Shown here: piece after piece, positions 23,530 to 32,162 of the stretch
Numbering within the stretch: position 1 is the stretch's first letter
Layout of the letters: every line of letters begins with the position of its first letter
Source of the DNA: an uncultured Thermoplasmatales archaeon
GTDB lineage: Archaea; Thermoplasmatota; E2; UBA202; DSCA01
Length of the DNA stretch: 32,321 nt
Direction of reading: 5' to 3'
Assembly (NCBI GenBank): GCA_964530745.1
Contig: CAZHBO010000001.1
Coordinates: 1-32,321, forward strand
The notes under the pieces: model-generated
Seen by the model: only the letters and a program-made list of their open reading frames with translations
Told to the model about the DNA's origin: nothing
The model's database searches: none
Made by a program: the position numbers and the translations under genes

Positions 23530-24309
23530 ATGAAAATTTTCAATTGCCATACTCATATTGGAGATGCTTTCATCCACATTGATAAAGGCAAGAAATGGAG
23601 TGTGGAAGAGTTGGTTGCTCCACCCCATGGATTAAAACATGTGCTTTTGCAAAAAGCGAAAGAGGAGGATATATTGGAAGGAATGAAGGAGGCAATAGAA
23701 ACGATGAAATCATGTGGAACAACTCATTTTTGTGACTTTAGAGAAGGGGGGTTGGAAGGAGTTAAGCTAATAAAAAAAGCATTGGATGGCATTAATGCCA
23801 TTATTTTGGGAAGACCCTTGCACCATGCCTATGACAAAAAAGAAATGGATGAAATTTTGGAAGCATCGGATGGAATTGGGGTGAGCAGCATTTCTGACTG
23901 GGATTTTTGGGAATTGAAGAAGGTGGCAGAGCATACCAACAAAAAGAAAAAAATTTTTGCACTTCATGCAAGCGAGGCTGTTAGGGAAGACATAAATGCC
24001 ATCCTTGACCTCAAACCAACTTTTCTGATTCACATGTGTAAAGCAAATGATAGCGATTTGGAAATTATTGCAAATGAAGGAATTCCCGTCGTTGTATGCC
24101 CCCGCTCCAACGCATTTTTTGGGATAAAAACAAAGGTTGAGGAAATGAAAGAAAAGGGGATAAAATTAATGCTTGGTACAGATAATGCCATGATTAACCC
24201 CCCAAATATTATCGAAGAAATGGCATATCTTGCAAAAAATTTCGATATAGGCTTAGAGGAGGCATGGAATATGATAACAAAAATTCCAGAGGAAACTTTT
24301 AAATTATAG
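23530..24309 (+). CDS. Amidohydrolase-superfamily metal-dependent hydrolase
   Basis: 259 aa. It has the N-terminal HxH (FNCHTHIGD), later HASE and IHM histidines, and GTDN. This is the TIM-barrel amidohydrolase metal-ligand pattern. The substrate is unknown. Confidence 0.7.
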   Translation: MKIFNCHTHIGDAFIHIDKGKKWSVEELVAPPHGLKHVLLQKAKEEDILEGMKEAIETMKSCGTTHFCDFREGGLEGVKLIKKALDGINAIILGRPLHHAYDKKEMDEILEASDGIGVSSISDWDFWELKKVAEHTNKKKKIFALHASEAVREDINAILDLKPTFLIHMCKANDSDLEIIANEGIPVVVCPRSNAFFGIKTKVEEMKEKGIKLMLGTDNAMINPPNIIEEMAYLAKNFDIGLEEAWNMITKIPEETFKL

Positions 24310-24344
24310 TTCATCCATTCACCAACGCATACGTCAGTGAGAAA

Positions 24345-25190
24345 ATGAAAAAAATGAAGATAAAAGAGGTAATGAATCCAAATCCAATAGTGGCGGAAGT
24401 CCCAGGAAGCAGGGAGGACGTCCTCCGCCTTTTTGGAAAATATGAAGTCTCTGGTATGCCTGTCGTGAAGGCAGGAACCATGAATCTTGCAGGCGTAGTA
24501 ACCAGAAATGATGTTTTTAAAAAGCATGAGGAAGAGCAGTTAGCGATGATTATGAATGACGATCCAATTTTTGTCTCTCCAGATGATGAGGTCAGCAAGG
24601 CATCCCGAATATTTTATGAAAAGAGAATACATGGACTGCCTGTCGTGAAAAAAGGAGAAGTTGTAGGTGTTATATCTCCCAGGGATATCCTTCGCCTCAT
24701 TGAGACATTTGATGGAGATGAAGTAGAAAATTATCTCTCACCTATTTTTGTTCCGATTTATGAAGGAACTCCTCTGCCAGCAGTTATGAAAATATTTCGC
24801 ATTACTGATGTATCTGCCCTTCCTGTTCTGGATGGAGAAGGGATGCTCGTGGGCATAGTTGCAGATGGAGATTTATTTACCTTCTCCCATTTACATGAAA
24901 GCTTGACAAAATCCGAGATTGGTATAGGGGAAGATGAGGACATGTGGACATGGGAAGGTATAAGGGATGTGATGCGCCTTTATTACGAAACATCTAAGAT
25001 TCAGCTTCCTTCCGTGCCAGTAAAGGAAGTGATGATAAGAGATGTTATCACTGTTTTTAGAAAAACGAAGATATCAACTGTGGCAAAGAAAATGGTGAAC
25101 AATAATATTGACCAGATGCCTGTCATGGATGAAGAAGATGAGATTATGGGAATGATTTATGATGTCGATTTAATGAGGGCATTAATGTAG
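24345..25190 (+). CDS. CBS-domain protein (four CBS motifs, two Bateman modules)
   Basis: 281 aa. Four CBS-like units are visible: IKEVMNPNPI...GMPVV...GVVTRNDV, DPIFVSPD...HGLPVV..GEVVGVISPRDIL, ...SALPVLD.EGMLVGIVADGDL and VKEVMIRDVITV...QMPVMDEEDEIMGMIYDVDLM. Confidence 0.85.
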   Translation: MKKMKIKEVMNPNPIVAEVPGSREDVLRLFGKYEVSGMPVVKAGTMNLAGVVTRNDVFKKHEEEQLAMIMNDDPIFVSPDDEVSKASRIFYEKRIHGLPVVKKGEVVGVISPRDILRLIETFDGDEVENYLSPIFVPIYEGTPLPAVMKIFRITDVSALPVLDGEGMLVGIVADGDLFTFSHLHESLTKSEIGIGEDEDMWTWEGIRDVMRLYYETSKIQLPSVPVKEVMIRDVITVFRKTKISTVAKKMVNNNIDQMPVMDEEDEIMGMIYDVDLMRALM

Positions 25191-25197
25191 TGGTTGT

Positions 25198-26805
25198 ATG
25201 GATATATATAATAAAATACTCTCTCTTTCTAAAAGGAGGGGCATATTCTCGCCATCATATGAGATATATGGTGGAGCAGGAGGTTTTTATGATTACGGTC
25301 CTCTTGGCAGCTTACTGAAAAATAATGTAGAAAGGAAGTGGAGGGAATTATACATCATCCATGAAAAATGTTTTGAAATTTCTACACCATCTGTAATGCC
25401 ATATGAAATCTTAAAAGCATCAGGGCATGTTGATGAATTTTTGGATGTCATAGTTACATGTGAAAAATGCAAGACATCATTTAAAATAAAGGAAGTTGCT
25501 GGAGAAGAATTAGAATATGAGGAAGCAAAAAAGATGACATTAAGATGTCCAGAATGCGGGGAAATGTTAAAAGTTGGGAAGGTTAATTTAATGTTCGAAA
25601 CTTTCATTGGACCTTTAAAGAAAGAAAATGCCTTTCTCCGTCCAGAGACAGCACAGGGAATTTTTGTTAACTTCCCTTCTTTATATCAATTCTTCAGAAA
25701 AAAATTACCTTTTGGGGTGGTTCAAATAGGAAAGGCATTCCGCAATGAAATTTCGCCAAGACAGGGTATAATAAGGTTAAGAGAATTTTCTATGGCTGAG
25801 GCGGAAATATTTTTTGAACCAGATAAAAAGGGGCATCTCCGTTTTGCTGAAGTAAAAGATGATGTACTCACCATCATACCTTCAGATGAAAAAGAAAGGA
25901 AGATGAGTATAGAAAAAATGGTAGAGGAAGGCATAGTTGGGAATGAGGCAATAGCATATTACATGGCAATAACAAAACGCTTCCTTATTTCCATTGGCAT
26001 TGATGAAGAAAAATTACGATTTCGTCAGCATCTGCCAAAGGAAATGGCACATTATGCCAATGAATGCTGGGATGCTGAAGTTTTAACCACATTTGGATGG
26101 ATTGAATGCGTCGGCATTGCGGATAGATCTGCCTATGATTTACAAGCCCATATGAATGCGACAGGAGCGGATATGACCGTCTCCTCTGGAGAAAAGGAAG
26201 TAAGGAAAAAAATTATACCAAAAATGGATAAGATTGGACCTGCATTTAAAGAAAAGGCAGGCATCATCCAAAAAAAGCTGGAAGAGATGGAACCAAAGAA
26301 TAAAGTTGTTATAAGAATTGAAGATGAGGAAATTGAAATTTCTCCAGAATTTTATGAAATAAAGGAAGAAGTGGTACAAAAATCATTTATCCCGCATGTA
26401 ATTGAACCCTCATATGGTATAGACCGCATTATTTACTGTATCCTTGAGCACAATTATAGGGAAACGGAGAAGGAAGGGGAAAAATATGTCCTCCTTTCTC
26501 TATCTCCAAGCATTGCCCCTATAAAAGCAGGGGTCTTTCCTTTAGTAAGCAAGGATGGATTGCCAGAGATTGCTAGGGAAATAGAAGAAGAATTGAGAAA
26601 GGAAGGTATCCTTGTTTTTTATGATGAAAAGGGAAGCATAGGGCGGAGATATGCAAGAATGGATGAAATAGGAACGCCTTTCTGCATCACCATTGATTAT
26701 ACTACACTAGAAGATAATACAGTCACTATAAGGAATAGAGATACAACAGAACAAATAAGAATGGATAGAAAAAAAATAGCAAAATGGATAAAGGAAAGGA
26801 TATGA
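25198..26805 (+). CDS. glyS: Glycine--tRNA ligase (archaeal/eukaryotic-type class II)
   Basis: 535 aa. The N-terminal signature is RRGIFSPSYEIYGGAGGFYDYGPLG. The class II motifs are LRPETAQG, GKAFRNEISPR and FSMAEAE, followed by EPSYGIDR and the anticodon-binding tail GRRYARMDEIGTPFCITID. Confidence 0.93.
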   Translation: MDIYNKILSLSKRRGIFSPSYEIYGGAGGFYDYGPLGSLLKNNVERKWRELYIIHEKCFEISTPSVMPYEILKASGHVDEFLDVIVTCEKCKTSFKIKEVAGEELEYEEAKKMTLRCPECGEMLKVGKVNLMFETFIGPLKKENAFLRPETAQGIFVNFPSLYQFFRKKLPFGVVQIGKAFRNEISPRQGIIRLREFSMAEAEIFFEPDKKGHLRFAEVKDDVLTIIPSDEKERKMSIEKMVEEGIVGNEAIAYYMAITKRFLISIGIDEEKLRFRQHLPKEMAHYANECWDAEVLTTFGWIECVGIADRSAYDLQAHMNATGADMTVSSGEKEVRKKIIPKMDKIGPAFKEKAGIIQKKLEEMEPKNKVVIRIEDEEIEISPEFYEIKEEVVQKSFIPHVIEPSYGIDRIIYCILEHNYRETEKEGEKYVLLSLSPSIAPIKAGVFPLVSKDGLPEIAREIEEELRKEGILVFYDEKGSIGRRYARMDEIGTPFCITIDYTTLEDNTVTIRNRDTTEQIRMDRKKIAKWIKERI

Positions 26806-26806
26806 T

Positions 26807-27760
26807 TTATTTTATAATCACATCTCCGCTCATAATTCTATGAATTTTTTCTCTGCCTTTCACCAGCAAAAAGCCATTTTCATCGATTCCAATTGCCTTC
26901 CCTTTTATCTCAATATTGCCTTCTTTTATCTCCAATTCCTTTCCAATTGTAAGGGAAAGAGAAATCCATTTTTTCCCAATACTTTCGTAATCCCCTTCCA
27001 ACAATTTCTGATAATTTTCATCAAATTTCTCCAAAATTGATTTAATAAGGCTTATCCTAGAAATTTTTTTGTTTATAAACTTTTGAAGGGTCGAAGCATT
27101 TTCTAATGAAGGATGCAATTTATTGTAAACATTAATTCCAATGCCTACTATGGCAAAATTTATTTTATTTAAGCTTGCCTCCATTTCCATAAGAATGCCA
27201 CAAACTTTCTTCTTGCCAATCAAAATATCATTTGGCCATTTTATTCCGGCATTAATTCCAATGTCCGCTAAGGAATCTACAATTGAAACAGAAGAAGCCA
27301 TCATCAGCAACCCTCCTTTTTCTGGAGGAAGAGAGGGATATAAAATTATGGAGAACCATAAGCCGCCAGGAGGAGAGAACCATTTCCTGCCCTTTCTTCC
27401 TCTTCCTTCTGTTTGTTCCTCTGCTATGATGACAGTTCCTTCCTTGGCACCCTTTTGCACCATTTTTCTTGCAAATTCGTTCGTTGAGGAGAGATTTTTA
27501 AAATAAAAAATATTTTTTCCAATGATTTTTGTTTTTGGCTTAATTTCATGAGGGTATGGAATATCAGGCTTTGAAATGAGTTTGTAGCCTACTCCTTTTT
27601 TTGATTCTATCTCATAGCCCATGTTGCGCAATTTTTCAATTTTCCTATATACAGATGTTCTTGAAATGCCCATCTCCTTTGCAATTTTCTTTCCAGAAAT
27701 GTAATTTTTTAACAATGAGAGTATTTTCTCCATTTCTTTGGAATGTTCTAAGGATAACAT
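26807..27760 (-). CDS. birA: Bifunctional biotin--[acetyl-CoA-carboxylase] ligase / biotin operon repressor BirA
   Basis: 317 aa. The N-terminal HTH is ISGKKIAKEMGISRTSVYRKIEKLRNMGY. The biotin-binding loop is QTEGRGRKGRKW, followed by KWPNDI and GIGIN. An alternative ATG at 27733 would remove the 13-nt overlap with the upstream gene. Confidence 0.88.
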   Translation of the reverse strand: MLSLEHSKEMEKILSLLKNYISGKKIAKEMGISRTSVYRKIEKLRNMGYEIESKKGVGYKLISKPDIPYPHEIKPKTKIIGKNIFYFKNLSSTNEFARKMVQKGAKEGTVIIAEEQTEGRGRKGRKWFSPPGGLWFSIILYPSLPPEKGGLLMMASSVSIVDSLADIGINAGIKWPNDILIGKKKVCGILMEMEASLNKINFAIVGIGINVYNKLHPSLENASTLQKFINKKISRISLIKSILEKFDENYQKLLEGDYESIGKKWISLSLTIGKELEIKEGNIEIKGKAIGIDENGFLLVKGREKIHRIMSGDVIIK

Positions 27761-28194
27761 GCTTCTTTTTTCTGCTTTTCGTAATATGCCTCAACACCTA
27801 TTTCCTTCATTTTGTCATTTGATGTGCGCCATTTTTTATACAACCTTTCATCAAATCCGCTTTTTTTGCATGGGTATTCATCGCATTGAAAGCAAAAATC
27901 AATTTTTTTGTCATTACAGCAAGCCTTTACAGCGCATCCCTTAAATGAGGAGTTTCTGCATCCTTTACAATCACCTTTTGAAAAATTCACAAGCACTTCC
28001 TTGAAAGAATCATAGTTTTTGAAGGCTGGCATAAATTTTTTTAAATCCATAACCAATTCATCAAATCCTCCAAGGTGAAAAAGTAATTCTTTACTTAATT
28101 CCTTTATTTTTCCTTTCTCATAGGCATAACAATGGGAGCAATCAATACCGCATGGAGCCAAAATTTTTAATATTTCTTCATACTCAGTTGGCAT
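27748..28194 (-). CDS. DUF3795-like cysteine-rich protein
   Basis: The Cys pattern is CGIDCSHCYAY...CKGCRN...CAVKACC..KKIDFCFQCDEYPC. The ORF-track start at 28287 overlaps the folD start. I prefer the ATG at 28194 (MPTEYEEILK...), which lies about 25-30 nt downstream of a palindromic TATA. Confidence 0.6.
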   Translation of the reverse strand: MPTEYEEILKILAPCGIDCSHCYAYEKGKIKELSKELLFHLGGFDELVMDLKKFMPAFKNYDSFKEVLVNFSKGDCKGCRNSSFKGCAVKACCNDKKIDFCFQCDEYPCKKSGFDERLYKKWRTSNDKMKEIGVEAYYEKQKKEACYP

Positions 28195-28215
28195 TGCTTT
28201 CACATAATAAACATC

Positions 28216-28227
28216 ATATTTAAATAT
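28216..28227. promoter_or_regulatory. Perfectly palindromic TATA-like element ATATTTAAATAT in the divergent DUF3795/folD intergenic region
   Basis: The sequence is its own reverse complement. It lies about 22-33 nt upstream of the minus-strand ATG at 28194 and about 55-66 nt upstream of the folD ATG at 28282. Confidence 0.35.
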
Positions 28228-28281
28228 TGAGAATACTGCTAGAACCCAAAAACTCTTTTTATTGCATTTGCATCTCTCTTT

Positions 28282-29112
28282 ATGCATATAATTGATGGGA
28301 AAAAGATAGCAAATGAAATGGAAGAAGAGATAAGAAAGAAAATTAAAGCGAAGATAGGAATCGCTACTATTCTGGTAGGAGAAAATGATGCCTCCTTATT
28401 GTATGCAAAATTAAAGGAAAAAGCGTGTAAAAGACTCGGCTTTCATTCCCAAACCATTCATTTTCCTTCAGATATTAGGATTGAAGAAATAAAAGAAGCG
28501 ATAAGAAAATTTAATGAAGATGATGAAATACATGGCATCGTGCTTCAACTTCCTCTGCCAGAAGGAATGGAATATGAGACGCTAATAAAGGAAATTGAGC
28601 CCCGAAAAGATATTGAAGGAATGCATCCATGCAATTTAGGAGCAACCTTGCTCAATAAGGAATTTTTGGTTCCTTCCACGCCATTGGCAGTAATAAAAAT
28701 TTTGGAACATGAAGGAATAAATGTAAAAGGAAAAGACGTGGTCATCGTAAACCACAGCAACATTGTTGGAAAGCCTTTGGCAGCGATGTTACTTAACAGA
28801 AATGCAACCGTTTCCATCTGTCATATTTATACAAAAGATATCAAAAAATATACAAGCCAGGCTGATATTTTAATTTCTGGGACTGGTGTTGCAGGCTTAA
28901 TAAAAAAGGAGTATGTGAAGGAAGGTGCGATAGCCATCGACGTTGGCATTACGAGAAAAAAAGATGGAAGCATATGTGGAGACATTGATTTTGATGCTGT
29001 TAAGGAAAAAGTAAAGGCAATTACGCCTGTCCCAGGAGGCGTCGGTCCAGTAACAATTGCATGCTTGATGGAAAATGCCGTTAGGGCATATAAAAAATTT
29101 GATAAAGAGTGA
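28282..29112 (+). CDS. folD: Bifunctional methylenetetrahydrofolate dehydrogenase/methenyltetrahydrofolate cyclohydrolase FolD
   Basis: 276 aa. Signature blocks are IIDGKKIA, ATILVG.ndAS..Y...K.KAC...G, HGI.LQLPLP, D.EG.HP.N.G, V..HSNIVGKP.A.MLL..NATVSICH, GAI.IDVGI and TPVPGGVGP.T. Confidence 0.93.
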   Translation: MHIIDGKKIANEMEEEIRKKIKAKIGIATILVGENDASLLYAKLKEKACKRLGFHSQTIHFPSDIRIEEIKEAIRKFNEDDEIHGIVLQLPLPEGMEYETLIKEIEPRKDIEGMHPCNLGATLLNKEFLVPSTPLAVIKILEHEGINVKGKDVVIVNHSNIVGKPLAAMLLNRNATVSICHIYTKDIKKYTSQADILISGTGVAGLIKKEYVKEGAIAIDVGITRKKDGSICGDIDFDAVKEKVKAITPVPGGVGPVTIACLMENAVRAYKKFDKE

Positions 29113-29126
29113 GGAATTACCCAACC

Positions 29127-29780
29127 ATGGATAGAAAAATATACTACTCTTTTCATGAGATTCCTGCCGCATATCCCTACCCAAAAAAAGGAATAAGATT
29201 TAGTGAGGTGGAAATAAGACATATTGCAATCGCCATTGCTGCTCTCACCATTGCATTTGCCTTCGCCTTTGCTCCCTATCCTCCCTTTTACCATTTAAAA
29301 AGTGTTTTATATTCACTCCCTCTCTCCTTCATTGCCATCGTAACGGCCTTTTTCTGCCACGAGATGGCTCATAAATATGTTGGACAAAAATATGGTTATT
29401 GGTCTGAGTTCAGAATGTTTCCCCAGGGGCTGATGTTTGCCCTATTTCTAGGCATATTTTTTGGGGTTGTCTTTGCTGCACCAGGAGCAGTTACAATATG
29501 GGGTATGCCTACGAGGGAAGAAAGTGGAAAAATTTCCATAGCAGGACCAGCAACAAATATTTTCATCGCAGGTATGTTCTTAATCCTCGCATCTCTGCCT
29601 ACTTCATTATCATATCTTTTTATTATCATTGCCTTCATAAATGCGTTCCTTGCTTTCTTCAATTTACTCCCCATCGGACCCCTGGATGGGCTAAAAGTTT
29701 TTGCGTGGAATAAAATTGTTTATGGAACTGCATTGATTATTTCTCTTTTATTCCTTGCCCTCGTCTATCTTTCTTTCTGA
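29127..29780 (+). CDS. Site-2 protease family (M50) intramembrane zinc metalloprotease
   Basis: HEMAHK (HExxH) sits in a TM helix. The second S2P motif is FNLLPIGPLDG. There are multiple TM segments. The ORF-track start at 29109 is a GTG overlapping the folD stop. I prefer the ATG at 29127, which follows a GAGGA. Confidence 0.8.
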   Translation: MDRKIYYSFHEIPAAYPYPKKGIRFSEVEIRHIAIAIAALTIAFAFAFAPYPPFYHLKSVLYSLPLSFIAIVTAFFCHEMAHKYVGQKYGYWSEFRMFPQGLMFALFLGIFFGVVFAAPGAVTIWGMPTREESGKISIAGPATNIFIAGMFLILASLPTSLSYLFIIIAFINAFLAFFNLLPIGPLDGLKVFAWNKIVYGTALIISLLFLALVYLSF

Positions 29781-30138
29781 AGGATTCAATAAAATGAACA
29801 AGATGCTCAATCGTTTCATTTGACACATGATGCTCTATCTCGCATGCATCTTCTTTAGCATTTTTTTCATTAACACCAAGCATGATTAAAAATTCCTCAA
29901 TGGTGTGATGCTTCATTTCCAGCTCATTTGCTATTTCTTCTCCCCTTTTTGTGAGTTTTGCACCTTTATAGGAATGATATTCAATGAATCCGTCATTATC
30001 CAATTTCTGAAGCATTTCTGTGACAGAGGAGGGCTTTATATTCATTTCCTTGGCTATGTCTGTAGTGTGTGCATACTCCTTTCCATGTTGAAGAGAAAAG
30101 ATTACTTCTATATATTCCTCAACCGTCTTCTTCTTCAT
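29737..30138 (-). CDS. DtxR/MntR-family metal-dependent transcriptional repressor (no SH3-like domain)
   Basis: 133 aa. The wHTH is VEEYIEVIF.L......A.TTDIAKEMNIKPSSVTEMLQKLDNDGFIEY..YKGAKLTKRGEEIA. The metal-site/dimerisation helix contains H..IEEFL and E.EHH. It is the last gene of the feoAB string, with a 1-nt gap after the feoB stop. Confidence 0.85.
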   Translation of the reverse strand: MKKKTVEEYIEVIFSLQHGKEYAHTTDIAKEMNIKPSSVTEMLQKLDNDGFIEYHSYKGAKLTKRGEEIANELEMKHHTIEEFLIMLGVNEKNAKEDACEIEHHVSNETIEHLVHFIESFRKKDRRGQGIKEK

Positions 30139-30139
30139 T

Positions 30140-31858
30140 TTACAGCCCTATTAATAAAATTTTCATTGTTCCTCCTACCATGATTGCGGTTGCTATCATT
30201 ATCATTGTTGCTTTTAACATATCTTTTATGCCTAGCTCCTTCACCAAAACGGCAAAAGTTGCTACACATGGAAAATAGATTGTTAAAATTGTTGCTGCTA
30301 TGACCAGTTGCATTGCTTTCATTTTCAATGGCAAGAGCATTCCAACTGCCAAATCTTTCCTAAGAAATCCTATTATGAGGGCAAGGCTTGCCTCCCCTGG
30401 CAAACCAAAAATTTTTTCCATTACAGGAGAAAGGGCTGAACCAAGCCAATCAAGGAATCCAATGGAATAGAGGATATTAACTATAAAAACACCAAAAATC
30501 AGCCAAGGAATAGCATCTCCCAAAAACCAGCGGATGCGCATCCATGTTTTTTTCAATATCGCCTTTATACTAGGCATTCTATAAGGAGGTATCTCTAAAA
30601 AAATTTCTGGACTCTCTCCCTTTACAAATTTACTGAGTATAATTCCAGCAGTTACATATACGATAGCTAGTGTAAGAAAAACGAGAACAATATAATACAA
30701 TCCATATGGACCAAGTATTCCAAATATCATTGCCGTTTGAGCCATGCATGGAACAGCTATGGCAAGAAGAGTAGATGAAATGAATCGCTGTTTCCTTGTT
30801 TCGAGTGTTCTCGCAGCCAATGCTCCTGGAACGTTGCATCCCAGCCCAAGAAAAAGAGGAACAATTCCATGTCCATGCATCCCTAATTTGTGAAAGATGT
30901 TATCGACGAGTGTTGCCAAGCGGGGCAAATATCCAGAATCTTCTAATATTGAAAGCATAAAATAAAATGACATTATGTATGGCAAAACAGCAGCGAAAGG
31001 GACATATAAGCCAGTGGTAAGCATACCCATGGATTCCATGAAATCTATATTTCCATCCACCAGTTTGCCTATGAGAATATCTCTGATGAAGCCGCTTCCA
31101 ATCCATTCATTTAAATGCATCAGAAGAGGTTTATATATTTCCTCAAAAAAGGGATCAAAAATATATGTAATCAAATTTTCTCCAATAAAGCGTACCACCC
31201 AGAAAGCACAAAAGATGATTAGAATTGCAATTGGTATGCCTGTTGATGGTTTAATAGTCATATCAGCTATTTTATCTCTAAAAGTATGGTGGCGATGACT
31301 AACTTTCTCAACTTTCTTTATTATTTCTCCAATTTTTATCCATCTCTCCTTTTCACTCATAGGCTCAATTTTTTTAGATACTTTTGCCTTCTCCAAAGAT
31401 GTTACCAACTCTTTTATTCCCTCACCACTTAAGGCAACTGTAGCCACTACGGGCACATCTAGCTCTTCCTGCAATTTCTCTTTATCGATCTCTATGCCCA
31501 AGTGGTGTGTTTCATCCCATAGGTTAAGGGCAATAATTGTAGGAATATCTCTTTCAAGCAATTCCAGAGTCAGAAAAAGGTTTCTTTCTAAATTGGTTGC
31601 ATCAACAACATTTATCACAACGTCTGCACTTGCAAGCATCTCCACTGCAACTTCCTCTGCTTTGTTGGACGGCTCGAGAGAATAGGTACCAGGGGCATCA
31701 ATGATTTCCACCTTTTTGTCCCCTACTCTCATTTTTCCCTTCGAAAAATCTACTGTTGTACCAGGATAATTTGATGTCACCACATTCGCTCCAGTCAGCC
31801 TTGAGAAAACAACGCTTTTTCCTACATTTGGATTTCCCATAAGTACTATTCTTTTCAT
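30140..31858 (-). CDS. feoB: Ferrous iron transport protein B (FeoB), G-domain plus permease
   Basis: 572 aa. The G1 motif is GNPNVGKS, followed by G2 (PGTTV), G3 (DAPG) and a NLWD-type G4. An extended polytopic membrane domain follows. An ATGA overlap joins it to feoA. Confidence 0.93.
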   Translation of the reverse strand: MKRIVLMGNPNVGKSVVFSRLTGANVVTSNYPGTTVDFSKGKMRVGDKKVEIIDAPGTYSLEPSNKAEEVAVEMLASADVVINVVDATNLERNLFLTLELLERDIPTIIALNLWDETHHLGIEIDKEKLQEELDVPVVATVALSGEGIKELVTSLEKAKVSKKIEPMSEKERWIKIGEIIKKVEKVSHRHHTFRDKIADMTIKPSTGIPIAILIIFCAFWVVRFIGENLITYIFDPFFEEIYKPLLMHLNEWIGSGFIRDILIGKLVDGNIDFMESMGMLTTGLYVPFAAVLPYIMSFYFMLSILEDSGYLPRLATLVDNIFHKLGMHGHGIVPLFLGLGCNVPGALAARTLETRKQRFISSTLLAIAVPCMAQTAMIFGILGPYGLYYIVLVFLTLAIVYVTAGIILSKFVKGESPEIFLEIPPYRMPSIKAILKKTWMRIRWFLGDAIPWLIFGVFIVNILYSIGFLDWLGSALSPVMEKIFGLPGEASLALIIGFLRKDLAVGMLLPLKMKAMQLVIAATILTIYFPCVATFAVLVKELGIKDMLKATMIMIATAIMVGGTMKILLIGL

Positions 31859-32091
31859 TTAACAACCTCAACCAAAATGCGTTTAGCCATTCCCATACCT
31901 ACTGTTACTTGGGAACCGCCCATATCAATTGTTATGGGACCATGCAATGGTTGTTTCGTCACAACCTTCACAATTTTTCCCTCCCGTAAGCCCATAACCC
32001 GCATTTTTCGTTGAAAGCCATGCCCTCCCCTTATCTCCACTATCCTTACTTCTTTTGCATGTGGAACCATAGTTAGCGGAATTGCTTCCAT
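31855..32091 (-). CDS. feoA: Ferrous iron transport protein A (FeoA, SH3-like)
   Basis: 78 aa. The sequence is L......G..v.Iv.I.GG.....+L..MGl.eG..+.V........GPi.i..gg..v.+G.g.A..I.V. The gene lies directly upstream of feoB. Confidence 0.85.
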   Translation of the reverse strand: MEAIPLTMVPHAKEVRIVEIRGGHGFQRKMRVMGLREGKIVKVVTKQPLHGPITIDMGGSQVTVGMGMAKRILVEVVK

Positions 32092-32100
32092 CCAATCACA

Positions 32101-32116
32101 TTTAGGGATACCTAAA
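32101..32116. promoter_or_regulatory. Operator-like palindrome TTTAGG-GATA-CCTAAA between the TATA box and the feoA start (candidate DtxR-family binding site A)
   Basis: The outer 6-mers are perfect inverted repeats. TTAGG...CCTAA recalls the DtxR/IdeR box half-sites (TTAGGTTAGCCTAACCTAA). The site sits over the expected transcription start, about 25 nt downstream of the TATA. Confidence 0.45.
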
Positions 32117-32132
32117 AATTATGCAAGAAGTC

Positions 32133-32140
32133 TATATAAA
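32133..32140 (-). promoter_or_regulatory. feoA promoter TATA box (TTTATATA on the minus strand) with an adjacent BRE-like CGAAA
   Basis: The minus strand reads ...GCCGAAATATTTATATAGACTT.... The TATA lies about 42-49 nt upstream of the feoA ATG at 32091. Confidence 0.5.
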
Positions 32141-32142
32141 TA

Positions 32143-32158
32143 TTTCGGCTTACCTAAA
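32143..32158. promoter_or_regulatory. Second operator-like 16-mer (minus strand TTTAGGTAAGCCGAAA), candidate DtxR-family binding site B overlapping the BRE
   Basis: It shares 13 of 16 positions with site A when both are read on the minus strand (TTTAGGTATCCCTAAA vs TTTAGGTAAGCCGAAA). The centres are 42 bp apart. Confidence 0.35.
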
Positions 32159-32162
32159 TTTT

